64,000 nucleotides of DNA, taken from Lama glama (lineage: Eukaryota). Under the pieces are notes generated by a model. It worked only from the letters and a program-made list of their open reading frames with translations. It was not told the DNA's origin and made no database searches. The stretch lies in assembly GCA_028534125.1 (NCBI GenBank), contig CM052817.1, forward strand, positions 21,578,001 to 21,642,000. The letters run 5' to 3'. Positions 1-12,764 of the stretch are shown piece after piece; position 1 is the stretch's first letter, and each line of letters opens with the position of its first letter. Position numbers and translations under genes: made by a program.

Positions 1-1420
1 GACAAGTTTCTGGAAACATACAGTCTACCAAGACTGAATCAAGAATAAACTGACCACTTGAACAAACCGATCACTAGAAATGAAATCGAAATAGCAATAA
101 AAAACCCTCCCTACAAATAAAAGTTCAGGACTGGATGGCTTCACCGGGGAATTCTACTTAACATATAAAGAAGAACTCATACCAGTCCTTCTCAAACTTT
201 TCCAGAAGATTGAAAAGGAGGGAATACTCCCAAACTCATTCTATGAAGCCACCATCACCCTGATACCAAAACCAGGCAAAGATACTATCAAAAAAGAGAA
301 TTATAGGCCAATATCACTGATGAACATAGATGCCAAAATCCTCACCAAAATATTAGCAAACAGAATCCAACAACACATAAAAAAGATTACACATCATGAC
401 CAAGTAGGGTTCATCCCAGGGACACAAGGGTGGTTCAACATATGCAAATCAATGTAATATGTCACATCAACAAGAGAAAGGACAAAAACCACATGATCAT
501 CTCAATAGATGCAGAAGAAGCATTTGATAAAATTCAACACCTATTTATGATAAAAACTCTCACCAAAGTGGGTATAGAGGGAACATATCTCAACATAATA
601 AAAGCTATCTATGACAAACCTACAGCGAGCATAGTACTCAACGGTGAAAAACTCAAAAGCTTCCCACTAAAATCTGGGACAAGACAAGGATGCCCACTAT
701 CACCACTCCTATTCAACATAGTCTTGGAAGTCCTAGCCACAGCAATCAGGCAAGAGAGAGAAATAAAAGGGATCCAAATTGGNNNNNNNNNNNNNNNNNN
801 NNNNNNNNNNNNNNNNNNNNNNNNNNNNNNNNNNNNNNNNNNNNNNNNNNNNNNNNNNNNNNNNNNNNNNNNNNNNNNNNNNNNNNNNNNNNNNNNNNNN
901 NNNNNNNNNNNNNNNNNNNNNNNNNNNNNNNNNNNNNNNNNNNNNNNNNNNNNNNNNNNNNNNNNNNNNNNNNNNNNNNNNNNNNNNNNNNNNNNNNNNN
1001 NNNNNNNNNNNNNNNNNNNNNNNNNNNNNNNNNNNNNNNNNNNNNNNNNNNNNNNNNNNNNNNNNNNNNNNNNNNNNNNNNNNNNNNNNNNNNNNNNNNN
1101 NNNNNNNNNNNNNNNNNNNNNNNNNNNNNNNNNNNNNNNNNNNNNNNNNNNNNNNNNNNNNNNNNNNNNNNNNNNNNNNNNNNNNNNNNNNNNNNNNNNN
1201 NNNNNNNNNNNNNNNNNNNNNNNNNNNNNNNNNNNNNNNNNNNNNNNNNNNNNNNNNNNNNNNNNNNNNNNNNNNNNNNNNNTATGATAAATCACAGAGA
1301 AAAAAATGTGACAATGAGTGTGTATATGTCCATGAATGACTGAAAATTTGTGCTGAACACTGGAATTTGACACAACATTGTAAAATGATTATAAATCAAT
1401 AAAAAATGTTAAAAAAAAAA
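1..1420 (+). mobile_element. LINE-1 copy (ORF2 RT region and 3' end with poly-A), young but disabled; interrupted by an assembly gap
   Basis: Translation gives L1 ORF2 motifs ([42 protein letters not shown]). There is an in-frame TAA at 46-48 and frameshifts near ~105 and ~445. After the gap come a 3' UTR end (...gacacaacattgtaaaatgattataaatcaataaa) and an A-tail to ~1420. Confidence 0.95.
783..1282. other. Assembly gap (exactly 500 N)
   Basis: Run of N, directly visible. Confidence 1.
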
Positions 1421-1439
1421 GAATGCAGATCCTTGGGTT

Positions 1440-2040
1440 TCTATTATATCAGCTAGATTGAAAAATAATGTCATTTGTCAAAACAGGGAGTTTAGGCAGG
1501 AACCAGCAGTTGAGATGGGAATACTGAGTCTGAAGTATTTGTGGGCCATGAAAATCAGAAAGGTGTGCATGGCTGAAGCTCCACAGAGAACTCCAGACTG
1601 GAGATAGTGAGTTGTGTCATCAGCATAGAGGAGGTAGTTGAAGACATGGGATGAGCTGATTCACAAAGGGTATAGATGTACAAAGAAATCCAAAATGGAA
1701 CACTGGAAGATAGGGAAACACATGCCCCAGAGAAGAGTAAAATAAGTCACAATGGAAACACTGCTTTCCTGGTAGACAAGGAAGAACAGAGTTTCAAAAA
1801 GAAAAGAAAAGATTAACAGTGTAAATGTCAAGAAGAGTTTAAATGTGATAAGGACTAAAATGTGTCTATTAGATTAAGCAAAGAATAAGACAGTGCTGAC
1901 CTTTGAGAAAAATTCAATAAAAATGGTAAGGGCAAAAGTTAAATTACATGGAGCTGTGATACGGATAGGAAGTTAGACTTAGTGTTTCAAATATTTCCAT
2001 CATGAAGAGAAGGAGGATTGGAAAGCAGCTAGAAAGGTCA
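1440..2040 (-). mobile_element. L2 LINE fragment
   Basis: gtcatcagcata near 1616 is the reverse complement of the L2 RT YADD-coding motif; flanks resemble antisense L2 ORF2. Confidence 0.7.
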
Positions 2041-2049
2041 AAGTGGCCA

Positions 2050-2298
2050 CAGTGTATTCTCAGCAGGGGCAATGTCACCTACAAGGGACATATTAGTTTT
2101 TTTTTTTAAACAAAGGAATGAGAATGGAAAAAAATCTAACTCTTTTTGAATAAAAACATTAAGATACATATAATACTCAAAGAGGCATAGAGTATATCTA
2201 TAGTATTAAAATTCGTGGGGCAAAATTAGGAAAAATTGTCCAGAAAGTTTCCCTAAGAGACTAATAATAATAAAAATAATAAAATTTTTAAAAACTTG
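2050..2298. mobile_element. hAT-Charlie MITE (MER105-like)
   Basis: Starts cagtgtattctcagcaggggcaatgtcacc; internal 'agtatatctatagtattaaaattcgtgggg...ttaggaaaaattgtcc' resembles the remembered consensus. Confidence 0.55.
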
Positions 2299-2649
2299 GG
2301 TAAAGTAGTAGTGCTTGCAGAAAAGGAATTATTGAAAGATAAAGAAAAAATAAAAGTATTTATAATCGATAAAAATTATAATAAAAAGTTGAGATGCAAG
2401 AGGAAACAGATGTGAGAAAAAGATTAATCTTAGAAAGTATAAACGATACTTTTTTCTCTGAAAGGAAGAAAAACTAAGAATGAAAGGAGACACCCATATT
2501 TTGTAAATGAGAGAGCCCTGTTGGAGGCTTTTATCTTCTTGTTTCTAAGAGATCAAATCATTTGATCAGAGTGAAGGATCAAGAGATCAGACAGAGAGAA
2601 GAAATTAGAAGTTAAGGACATATTAAACTATTATGGAGAAAACAGAATA

Positions 2650-3180
2650 TTCTAGGCAGAGTTCTAAAGATGACCTGCAAGACTCCTGCCCCTTGGGGTA
2701 CACGTCCTGCTTTTAGTTCCCTCCCTGTAGATGTGAGCAGGACTAGGAATGACTAATTTTGCTCCCACGATTAGGTTAATTTATATGACAAAGGAAGGGA
2801 TTTGAATAGGTAATTCCCACATATTTTAGAGGAATCAAAAGAGAGATTAAGCTGGGTGATCCAATGCTTGATCCAATCAATCCTTTCAAATCTTGGAAGG
2901 GTTTGGGCCCTTCTTGAAGGAAGAGTTTCAAAATTCCTGTGTAGTTCCTCCTGTTGGCACTGAAAAAGTAAACAGTTGTTTTGTGAACCACTGTGGAATT
3001 TGTTCGCATGACAATGAACCATGTGTGGCCTTAGGAGTTGGGCAGTTCCTGGTAGGTATTTAGGAAGAAGATGGGCAGCTCAGTTTTAAGACCACCAGGA
3101 AATGAATTCTGCCAACAACCTGAATGTGTTTAGAAGGAGATCCTTCCCTAGTTGAGCCTCCAGAAAAGAATATAGTCAGT
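2650..3180 (+). mobile_element. MaLR LTR (MLT1E-like)
   Basis: 'aggcagagttctaaagatgacc...atcaaaagagagatta...gaattctgccaacaacctgaatg...gttgagcctccaga' is typical MLT1D/E. Confidence 0.7.
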
Positions 3181-3399
3181 GAGGCTAGAATCCATCTGTA
3201 CAGCTGTAGAAAGATTTTCCAGAATCACTTAGTCTCTAGAGGTGAGGGAGCAGGAGTTACCTGCAATTTTTCTAGAAAAGAGTGGTAGAAGGGAAGGAGA
3301 GGGAAGGACAACATAACAGAAAAAAATTAACATTGGCACGGGAGTGACTTAAGTAATGGAACCTGAGAGGGCCACTACTATTTATCAGGAGTATGATGG

Positions 3400-3548
3400 T
3401 AAGAAACCTCCCTGTGTCTTAGTTTCCTCATCTGAAAAGTGGGATAATAATAGTAGATACCTCATAGGATTGTTGTGGATGCTTAATACATATAAAGCAT
3501 ATACAGTTGTGCCTGCCCCATGGTGAGCCCTTAAGAACTGTTAGGCAG
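3400..3548 (+). mobile_element. MIR SINE
   Basis: Core 'tcttagtttcctcatctgaaaagtgggataataatagta...cctcataggattgttgtg'. Confidence 0.85.
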
Positions 3549-3799
3549 TGATAAAGGGAGTAGTGATGAAGTCATAGTAATGTTAATGGAGAAGGAAGAT
3601 GAAATCAGAGTGAACAGATTAGAAGAAAGTAGAAATTAAAGGACTACACGAAAGCAGAAAATCAAAGGAAAAATGTGGGTAGGGTCAAGAAAAAAGGGAG
3701 CCCAAGGGGACTGTAGTTAAAGTGCAATATTGGATTTACAATTTGGAAGAATGTTACCCTTCAGTGCAGTTCTACAAGGATCAAGTCATTAGCCACTGT

Positions 3800-4174
3800 A
3801 GTTGCTGACCTACCTACAGGATGAAGAACAGGATAAGGCACTCTGTGCTTTGGGAAAACAGGGAAAACAAGCCCTTAGATAGGTAGATATATTCCAGGAA
3901 ATTTTTTAATAAACCCAGATTCTTGCATCTTCCCAATCATTAACTAAGATATCTGGGCCTCATGACTAGCAGTAACCTTTTACTGAGACTTATGCTTGAC
4001 CACACTTATCCCCTAGCCAAAACCACATATATACTGGTCTCTCCCCCTCCCTTGTGGGAGCAGTTCCTCAGAGCTCTCTGAGAGGCTGTCTCCCAGGCTA
4101 TAGTCCTCAGTAAGACATTGAATAAAACTCAACTCATAGCTTTTAACATTGTATTTTTTTTTTCCTAGTTGACA
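3800..4174 (+). mobile_element. Solo ERV LTR (ERV1-like)
   Basis: TATA-like 'catatatac', polyA signal 'aataaa' (4121), ends ...ttgaca; U5 'ctgagaggctgtctcccaggctatagtcctcagtaag' resembles laurasiatherian ERV1 LTRs. Confidence 0.65.
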
Positions 4175-4197
4175 AGTACTTGGAAGTGAACTTGAAA

Positions 4198-4217
4198 GTG
4201 TGTGTGTGTGTGTGTGT
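4198..4217. repeat. (GT)n microsatellite
   Basis: About 10 GT units. Confidence 0.95.
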
Positions 4218-4319
4218 ATCATAGATCTTTTGCACCCAGAGAAATACATGACACAATTTTTGATGGAATATTTGTGGAAAAGAAAAAGAAAAAATAATAT
4301 GAAACAGGAGGGAATATAG

Positions 4320-5700
4320 CTAAATGGATTGGTAGGTATTCAAACAATTAATCTCACAAAACAGATTCATATCAACTGGGATAAAAGTCCCTGGGGGCAT
4401 ATTTAGGATTCTTTTTGTTAAACGGTATTAATTATCTGTGTGGCATGGTTGGCTAAGCTGTAATGTTTGTAAAATACAGAGATACCTTGATGTGTGGCTT
4501 AAATGGAAATATAAAATATTTTTAAGATGAAATAATGGTATGTAACTTGTTGGAATTTAAAACCTTTGTCTAAGGCACTCACAATTTTTGTGGAAGCATA
4601 AGATACTAAGTGTATTTGTTTGCAAAAAGAGCCACATTGTTTTGTAACTGTTCTCATCCAAGATGTAGAACCCATTACTCTACCCTTGATGGGGGAACTT
4701 GCCTGCCTTCTTATTTGCTCTACCTAACTGAATGTGGAGAAAGTGATGCTGTGCTATTTCTTAGCTTAAGCCTTAGAAGCTGAACAGCTTCCATTCTTGC
4801 TCATTTTGGGATTCTGTGACTATCATATGAAGAAATGTATCTGATGAGAAACATGAAACATAGAGCCTTCTGTTGCCCTGGTCCACAGTCCAGCCACTGC
4901 CTGACATGTGCATGAAGCCCTCCTGGATCAGTCAACCATCAACCAACCCACCAGCAAAGCACATTCCATGAATGAGCCCATGGAGGTCAGTCAAGTTGGC
5001 TCAGACACCAGTAGTTGAACTGCCTGCCAACACAAAATGGTGAGCGAAATAAACATCTGCTATTTTAAGCCCCTAGGTTGTGAAATGGTTGGTATGGACA
5101 TGGTAATGCAGCTAGAGAAAACAAGCTAATGTTTTGTTTATATACTCAGTATGATCACCTAACTGCTAAGGGGCTACAACAAAGAGAGAAAGAAAATAAA
5201 CACAGTGACACATTTTCTTAGTTTGTATTAATTGAGATAAACTGCCCAGAACAATACTGATAATCATTCTAGGCTGCATTCTCCCCGCCATGTTACAGAT
5301 GGAGAATGGTATTCAAGTGAAGTATTTTATAGGACTATTAATTAATCGCTGCATATGCAAAGGGAAATAACCAGAATTGTTATCCTAAGACTCCATCATT
5401 CATTTCTTGTAAAACCTGAAGATATGAAAATTCAGGAAAAGCCTAAGAACTTATCTCCAAATATCTTAGATTTAACATGTCATGGAGGACTGAACTTATA
5501 CTCTGCATGGCTCTGAAATGCAGAGAATACATCAGAATATTTAGGGGAAAACAAATATCAGCTTAATCCAACCAGAAATATTCCAATAGTTAAATTCAAA
5601 AGGAATTAAGTTGTAAATTGGTAAAGACACCTTTCACAAGAAGCATGGAATCAAGTTAAGGCTAGAACTGTAGCATTCCTTCCAACACGGAAGTGTTACT
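4320..5700 (+). mobile_element. L3/CR1 LINE relic, split by an MLT1 LTR
   Basis: 5450-5700 follows the CR1 3' consensus pattern (tctccaaatatct...tgtcatggagga...cttccaacacggaag); 4320-4620 is degraded upstream sequence. Confidence 0.5.
4640..5100 (+). mobile_element. MaLR LTR (MLT1G/H-like)
   Basis: 'gaatgtggagaaagtgatgctgtgc...aaataaacatctgctattttaagcccctaggttgtg' is an MLT1 pattern. Confidence 0.7.
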
Positions 5701-5949
5701 ACGTTACATGCACTTTCTAACACAAGGGAGAGAATGGATTGTCTTTAAGCTTGATCACAATGTCAATCAAGAGAACATCCCTCTTCCATGTATACACATT
5801 GGAAGAGCTCAGTAAAACAAAATAACTAACTAACCACGCCATCTAAGAAACTTTTAAAATACACTGAGCCTTGAGTTTTGCCTTAAAAGATAGAAAGAAG
5901 GGGTATTTAAATTCAGTTCCCTAAAGCTTATATCTATCACCAAGCATGT

Positions 5950-6205
5950 AATAACAATGGATAATGTTTACGGACTACTTACTAAGTACACAAAACTCTG
6001 CTGACTGTATCCATTTGTCTCTCTTTCAACTTTGCAATAGTCCTGTTAGATATGAATCCATATTTCTCCAGTTTAGAGATAAAGAAACTCAAAGAACAAA
6101 AAGGTTAAGTAATTTGCCTAAGAATGCACTGCTAGAAAAGAGCAGAGTCAGCAACCACCCTCATTCAATGAGACCCCAGACCCCACGTGTTTAACCAGTT
6201 GGGCA
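5950..6205 (-). mobile_element. MIR SINE
   Basis: 'agtttagagataaagaaactcaaag...ggttaagtaatttgcctaag' is the antisense MIR core. Confidence 0.75.
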
Positions 6206-6728
6206 CTACCTCCATGAAAAACTCTATGCGAGACACTGCACTGGGCTCAGGGAGAGACACTGACCTAAATATTTCTAACTGAAGCTCTAAAGACTACCAT
6301 AGCATGAGAAGAAACAATATGGAGTAACTAAATACAACTGAAGACAGAGTTTGGTAAATTTTAAAATGTACCCACAAATCAAATGCTATGGGACCACAGT
6401 AGTGGCTGAGATTTGTTTCACTGAGGAGATTAGGGACAACTTCATGGAGGAGATGATATTTAATTTTGATTTTGAAGGAGGGATGTAATTTTAAGCATTT
6501 ATATCACTCTGACAATTTAAGAGACAGATGATGCTTTGTTGCTATGGGATGAAGCAAAAACTCCAGGGGGAATTGAGAGAGAATTTTTTTCTCCTATTCA
6601 CAAGGCTAAGCAGCTCTGCTACCAAAAAAGAAAAATCAGGTACATGAGCTCTTAGATTCCTGTAGATATCTTTTACTAAGACAGTATTTTATTTCACACA
6701 TTCTGCAATACATGAAAGTTTATCTCAC

Positions 6729-6844
6729 ATGCAACTTTCTTTGAGTTGCATGTGCTTTCGATAAAATGCAATGCTGTCAGAGAATTAACAAAAGTAAAAT
6801 TGTAGGGTATAGTTATGTGCTTCACTGAGTTCTTAAAAAGGAAT
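6729..6844 (-). pseudogene. Candidate exon of a decayed minus-strand gene
   Basis: Acceptor ctaatttattttacag|, donor CAT|gtgaga; 116 nt; open in phase 2 (FLFKNSVKHITIPYNFTFVNSLTALHFIESTCNSKKVA). Confidence 0.45.
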
Positions 6845-7211
6845 CTGTAAAATAAATTAGAGCAATAGTATCTTAAAATCTGCGAACACTTTGCAATGAA
6901 ATTAGAAGGGCATCCAAAACAAATAAACACTTTTTAATCTATCTGCTAAATTATCTTTTTTAGGTTTTCTTTTTCTCCTCCCTCTCAGTCCTAGACATGG
7001 GTTCCTTATCTTAGCATCACATAAAAGAACAATCCTTGAATTTACTTTCAAACTAGAAACCCCTGTCTCTACCTAGTCCTTCCCAGTTAAAGCTTTAGTT
7101 GAAGACTACATTGTGGAACCAGCCTGTCATGTCTACCTGGTAGTTCAGTCTCCCATGAAACTTTCAGGGCCTTTTGGGTCATCTGCTTTATGTGCCACTG
7201 GCCTCACTCAC

Positions 7212-7355
7212 ATCCCCAAAGTGCACCACACCATCCATGAAATTGACATCTCTGACAGAATGCCTCATGCTCAGTGATGCCTTCTTCCGAGAGATATCCC
7301 TTCGGACAAAGACCAAAAGGGGGATGCGGGTAGCAGAAGCGAAAACAAAATAAGC
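7212..7355 (-). pseudogene. Candidate exon of a decayed minus-strand gene
   Basis: Acceptor ctgtcttctcttcag|, donor GAT|gtgagt; 144 nt and symmetric; locally GC/CpG richer. Open in phase 0 (AYFVFASATRIPLLVFVRRDISRKKASLSMRHSVRDVNFMDGVVHFGD); the phase-2 reading has two TGA. Confidence 0.55.
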
Positions 7356-7719
7356 CTGAAGAGAAGACAGAACTGTTTCTTGAAAAGTTGCAAATGCCAT
7401 GCTACAATAAATGAATTTCACTGAGTAATCTGGAATTCTTTAAATATGGTAGCAGTACCATGATCATCTGTATTGCTTCAGTGGCACATAAAAACAAGAA
7501 CGTGAGAAAATACAGCAAGGGAAATCAGTTTATCACAGTGTGATGATTCAGATGTGTGGTGGAAGTGGTCAGAAATGGACAGCTGAAGTGGAAATGAATG
7601 GGCAGGGTGGATGGAAGAGGGGCTGCAGAAGCAGCATAAACAGAAAGCGATGCCACAGCTAAGGAACTGCTGATAGCAGAGGACGACCATAAAGCTTCCA
7701 GCCTAGGAGGCTGATGAGT

Positions 7720-8460
7720 TTAATTCACTCAAGAAAACCTTCCTAGGTACTTGAAATGGGCTGGACGCAGAGAGCGGCAATTGGATACAGGGAGGAAAAA
7801 GAAGCCACAATTCCTACTATCAGATAGTTTGCAGTTTATCGTGGAAGATCAATAGCCAGAACAATAAGAATTAATGATAATTGTAAGCAGCGGAGCTTCA
7901 GAAATGGTTCGTATGTTTAAAGATAGAGCCACGGCTTGAAAGGATGATATTCAGGAACAGCTTATACTAATAGGTGACAAGTGAGTGAATTATAAAAATA
8001 AATGTGTATATTTTGCTAGAAATAGTTGGATGGGAAAAGGGCATACTTGCAAGAGAGGTCAACAACTTCAAATTGTTATGGGGGGGCATAAGAAAAACTT
8101 CAAAATTTTATGGCCATTATTCATGCCTAGAAATTAGAATTTAGTGGGAGACCAAGAAAAAATAAAATTTTGTGTGGTCAGGGAGATTTTTCATGGAAGA
8201 TTTCTGTGGATAATGCCTTGAATCAATGGAAAACATTAAAAGATTTTAATCAAGGAAGTTCAAGGATTAGATTTGTATTTCAAAAATCTCTAGGGCTGCA
8301 TCATGGAAGATTGATTCATGGTGACCAGACGGGAGACATGAGACCAGTTAGGGAGAAGATGCTGTAAGGAAGGGGAGAAGTGGTAATGACCTTTCCTAGA
8401 GGGCAGGGGAAAAGGTAACAGAGATTAGAAAACATTTGAAATGGTTTCTTAAGAGGATGA
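7720..8460 (-). mobile_element. L2 LINE 3' region
   Basis: Antisense L2 phrases ('aaagattttaatcaaggaag...attagatttgtatttcaaaaatctct...ggagaccagttagggag'). Confidence 0.65.
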
Positions 8461-8739
8461 AATTAGTATTATGTTATGATCAAAAAATATGTGCTAAGAT
8501 TCTACTGCTTTAGAAAGGCCATCTCTGCTAAGGGTAAGTAATAGCCACCCACGGCAGAGACATCTGCCCACCCGCATCCTTCCGCCTTGCTTTCCTTTAT
8601 GACATTATTGTACTCTAAGTAGCAATGAAAATGCCAAAAAGACAGCATCTCTTTCAGCATGATGTAGATGATTAGAATTAAATGAACATGATTTTTGGAG
8701 TCTCCAGGAAACAGCATTGAAAGGTGTCAACTTCTTCAG

Positions 8740-9410
8740 AATGTGCCTCTTTTTCCTCTTCTGTGCCTTCTGTTTTCTACTACCTGGAGCTTAGACTCAA
8801 CAGCTGAAGTCCCAGCAGCCTCTATGAACTGAGAAGGGATTTTGTGTTGGGAGGTATCTTGGTCAGCTCAGGCTGCTGTAACGAAGTACCAGAGCCTGGG
8901 TAGCTTGCGAACAACAGAAATCTATTTCTCAGAGTGCAGGAAGCTGGAAGTCTGAGATCAGGGTGCCAGCAGGGCTGGTTCTGGTTAGAATATTCTGGTT
9001 TACAGACTGCCAACTTCTTGTTGTATCCTTACATAGCTGAGAGCAGAGACAGGCAGGAAAATCTCTCATGACTCATAAGAACACTAATCCAACTCATGAG
9101 GGCTCTACTCTTATGACCTCACCTAACCCTGACTCCTGCCCCCAAACCCTACCTCCTATTATCGTCACATTGGGGGATAGGGTTTCAATGTGTTAATCTT
9201 GCAGAGACATAAACATTAGTTCATAACTTAAACTGTATGTGAGAATTGTAGGAAAAAGTGGCTAAAACATCTCACAAGAAAATGATGCCACCATACAAAC
9301 CCTGAACTACCTACAGATGGACTTTCTCTACCATCAGAGAGAAATTAAGAGGTCACTGTTATTTTAGGTTTTCTGTTTCACGTGAAGAAATCTAATCATA
9401 AATGATACAC
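8740..9410 (+). mobile_element. Old MaLR LTR (MLT1J/K-like), interrupted by a younger MLT1A
   Basis: 3' end 'gtcactgttattttaggttttctgtttc...ctaatcataaatgataca'. Confidence 0.55.
8854..9227 (-). mobile_element. MaLR LTR (MLT1A-like)
   Basis: 'gtatcttggtcagctcaggctgctgtaac...aagtctgagatcagggtgccagca...cacattgggggatagggtttcaa...ttagttcataac'. Confidence 0.85.
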
Positions 9411-9419
9411 CCTTTCCCC

Positions 9420-9640
9420 ACCATGCTTAATATTTTTGTTACTTTCCATTACTTAAAATCATATTCTTTATTTATTTGTTACTTTTTCATTGTCTACCCA
9501 GTTCCCTCTAGCTCCTAAGCACTATGAGAGAACAGTTATTGTTTATCTTGTTTATCATTATACCTGAAGCCTCTAGCACAGAATCTCGCATAAACTGGGT
9601 GGCCAACAGCTATGCTTTGAATGACTAAATGGCTGAATAA
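9420..9640 (+). mobile_element. L2 3' end
   Basis: 'tcttgtttatcattatacctgaagcctctagcacag...tgaatgactaaatggctgaataa'. Confidence 0.7.
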
Positions 9641-9659
9641 GACGGATGGGGATAGGCAA

Positions 9660-10430
9660 TAAGCAGATATATCAAATACTGGTTTCTGCCCTTGGAAGCT
9701 ATATCAATGATATAGACAGCTTTCACATGGAGAAAACCTGAAAATCTGAGGAAAGGATGAGTTCAATTTTTAATATACTGAAACTGAGATGTGTATTTTA
9801 CATCCAAGTCGAATCATCTGGGAGAAAATTAGGCGTATGAATTTAGAGCTCAAAGGAGTGTTCTGGGTTTGGGAATAACAGTATTGTTAACCATCAGTCT
9901 ACAGGGCATAATTTGAAGTCTAGGGAGTTGATGAGGTTGTACAAAGAAAATCATTGAGAACAGAAGCCAGAGAAATGCAGTATTATGTGCAGTAGAAGAA
10001 GAGTTAGAAAGACAGGAAAAGAAAGGGAAACACATCCTGCAAAACAGACAGGGTTGTGTTGAAAGTAAGTGAGAGTGGTAAACCAGAGTCACATACTAAA
10101 TAAGGTAAGAAATTATCCTTCCGATTTCACAACTTGAAGACACCCGTAAATACTGGGGCAGCAATAGATTTTGTGAGATGAAAAGACAAAAGTACATGGA
10201 AACAAAATTGAGATATTGAATGTAGACCACTTTTTCATCCAACCATATGAGGAAAGCAACAGGAGAGACACAGCAGAATTAAGAAGAAAAGATGGGATGA
10301 AGAGAGAAATGTTTATTAATTTTCAAATGGGAGTCATTTGGATATGTTTTTATCTAATGCAAAGTAAGAATCAATACAAAAGAAAGGAGTTAAAAATACA
10401 GGGAGAAGAGGAAATTTTGATGGGATAAAA
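9660..10430 (-). mobile_element. L2 LINE fragment
   Basis: Antisense L2 ORF2-like text ('gatgagttcaatttt...gagctcaaaggagtgttctggg...'). Confidence 0.55.
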
Positions 10431-10515
10431 GCTCTCCAGATCCGTCAAGCTCAATGTTTGAAGTGAGATATTTTGTGAGAAATTCTAAACTTGCAAGGAG
10501 AAAAGAGAAATTTAC

Positions 10516-10711
10516 CTATATAGATCTAAATTCTGACTCGATTCCTGGTCACAATTTGCACTGGCTTTTTGAAAACTGCAATGGAAATGTTCAGTCTGAC
10601 ATTTTATCTGGAATGATTTCTTCTTTGCAATTCCTGAAGAATTTGAAAGGTGATTGGTTCCCTTCCTTGATGTGGAGTCAATATTTCCAAAACGTCTCCT
10701 TTGAGGCAAAG
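10516..10711 (-). pseudogene. Candidate exon of a decayed minus-strand gene
   Basis: Donor AG|gtaaat; open frame LPQRRRFGNIDSTSRKG...QNLDLYR (phase 1 to phase 2). The acceptor is weak; an upstream pyrimidine tract ends in 'ttcaa' (~10767), possibly a mutated AG. Confidence 0.45.
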
Positions 10712-10849
10712 CTATCATTAGGACTAAAGCTAAGGTCTCTGCATGGGATTGATGATTCCCCAATTTTGAAAACATGAATGAGGAAGTTGAGGGTATAATA
10801 TTTAAGATATCTAAAGTGATGATGTTGAAGGGTGAAAAAGAAAAGGAAG

Positions 10850-11050
10850 CAACACTTTATAAAGTGCCTGCTATTTGTAATATTTTTCTCAATTCCACAT
10901 ATGACAGAATAGTAATTTTACATACACAGAGTGAAGTGGAGATGTCCGGTAACTCACCCTGGGGACAGAGCTAGGATATGACAAAATCAAGATTCAACGT
11001 CAGTCTCTGATTTCGAAGTCCATGCTCATTCAAGCACACATCACTACTTC
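10850..11050 (-). mobile_element. MIR SINE
   Basis: 'taactcaccctggggacagagctag...gattcaacgtcagtctctgatttcgaagtccatgctc'. Confidence 0.6.
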
Positions 11051-11269
11051 CTTAAAACTGTCCTGGTTGAAATGATCAGGATGGGTACTGCAATGTTGTG
11101 TCCATCAACACATCACTTCCTATGTAGAATAAAGTAATTAATTACTTACATTGTTAAGAGTACTTTCTGTACCGTGGTGTAAAGAAACTGGACTGAGCAA
11201 CAAAACAACGTTATGACTTAAAAGAATAAGAGAACATCTCAAAATATTTTGTTTTAGTTCCTTTTTTAA

Positions 11270-11450
11270 TTTTTTAAATTCTTATTTCTTATTGAAGTAT
11301 AGTCAATTTATAATGTTAGTTTCATGCATACAGCAAAGCGATTCAGTTATACATATACATACATATTTTTTTGTATTCCTTTCCACTACAGATCATTACA
11401 TGAAATTGAACATAGTTCCTTGTGCTATACAGTAGGTCCTTCTTGTTTTA
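11270..11450 (-). mobile_element. L1 3' end (artiodactyl type), 5'-truncated
   Basis: 'attgaagtatagtcaatttataatgttagtttc...gattcagttatacatata...ccttgtgctatacagtaggtcctt'. Confidence 0.85.
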
Positions 11451-12764
11451 GTTCTCAAATTTATTATACTAAACCCTCAAAATTAATTATTGCCAAAGGC
11501 TACAATTACATTGTTTCTTAAAGTTCTCAGGTAATAATTACTGACAAAATGATATTGAATCTCTAGCCTTTACAATCATTCTATTTTTATCTGTGTGCTT
11601 CATATCACTTAGTTTATGGACCAGGGAAAGTACAACCCTGTTAGGTATTGATGCTTTAAGGCAACAATTTTGTGTTACTGTCTCAGTATTTAGCAAATTC
11701 TTTGAATTCTCAAAGTAAGGCTTAGTGACTTAAATACATGAATAAAAAATAAAACTTACAGGCCAATAAAAATATAAAAGAATAAATGTTCTTTAAGCTT
11801 TGATGGAAAAGCTTTATATGATGGTGAGAACTCTGAGATATAATCTCTATGTCTTGGCATCACCATTCATATCTTCAAGTATGAATTGTTACAACTGACC
11901 ATGATGAATCAAACCATTTCTACTTGTTTATGAGGGGGACTTGACAATTTGCACCAAACTTAAGAAAATATCTTTACATTGAAAAGAGACAATGATCTCT
12001 ACATAATAGACCAAGGGTTATTGTTGCTGAAACAAAAAGGAATCCTAAAGACAGGGTTTTTCCTGAAAGTATATTTAATTTAAAATATTGATGTTTCATC
12101 TTTAAATAATGAATGCCAATAGCTCCTACTGGATTTACTATTATTTATAAGTATATCTTTGAAAAATTTAACAAATGTGTTGTAAAACATCAGAGAATGC
12201 TATTAATGTTGACTCATGTATGTAAAACAATATTTGAAAATTATTATCTTTTGGTGTATATTTTTCTCGCACAAAATCAGCCTTCCTTTGAAAATTATGA
12301 AAAGTAATATTATAGAAATATTTGGGATCATATATTTGTTTTTATACCCAAGGAAGATGTTTTAATTTTTCTACAAAAATCAAAATTTGAAGTTAAAGAA
12401 ATGGAAAGGGATCAGAATTATAAAAATTTCAATTAGAATTTAGATAGAAACATTCTGTAGTATAATATAATGTATTTGAAGGTCAATTGATGTATGTTAT
12501 TTCTGAAAGTTATAGCAGTCAAGAAATTTTTTAAAATATATGATTAGTAACATGTTTTACTGTCAATTCAAAAACAATCTCAACAATGATCTCTAATTAA
12601 TTGCCAGGTAGAGCTTTACAAGTAATATTAGTACACGATGTTCTTAAGAGCAAGCAAGGAAATAGAGCACCAGTTTTCATAAAGCTGTATCTTGTATCTT
12701 CCCTTGATTAAGTCTGCCACATATAAAATGAAAGTGATTCTTCAAGGTCAAGGTTATAACTTAC

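Noticed and set aside
430..1373. Five long ORFs in the ORF track
   Set aside because: Artefacts of reading through 500 N; the real part is disabled L1 ORF2
6729..7355. C2-domain-like reading (VFVRRDISRKK...FGDIPF*ELS..YTLQF)
   Set aside because: Resemblance is by eye only, needs two stops, and another frame fits the upstream phase better; an HMM search would be required
10454..10777. 107-aa plus-strand ORF
   Set aside because: No recognisable homology or plus-strand splice context; overlaps the minus-strand candidate exon
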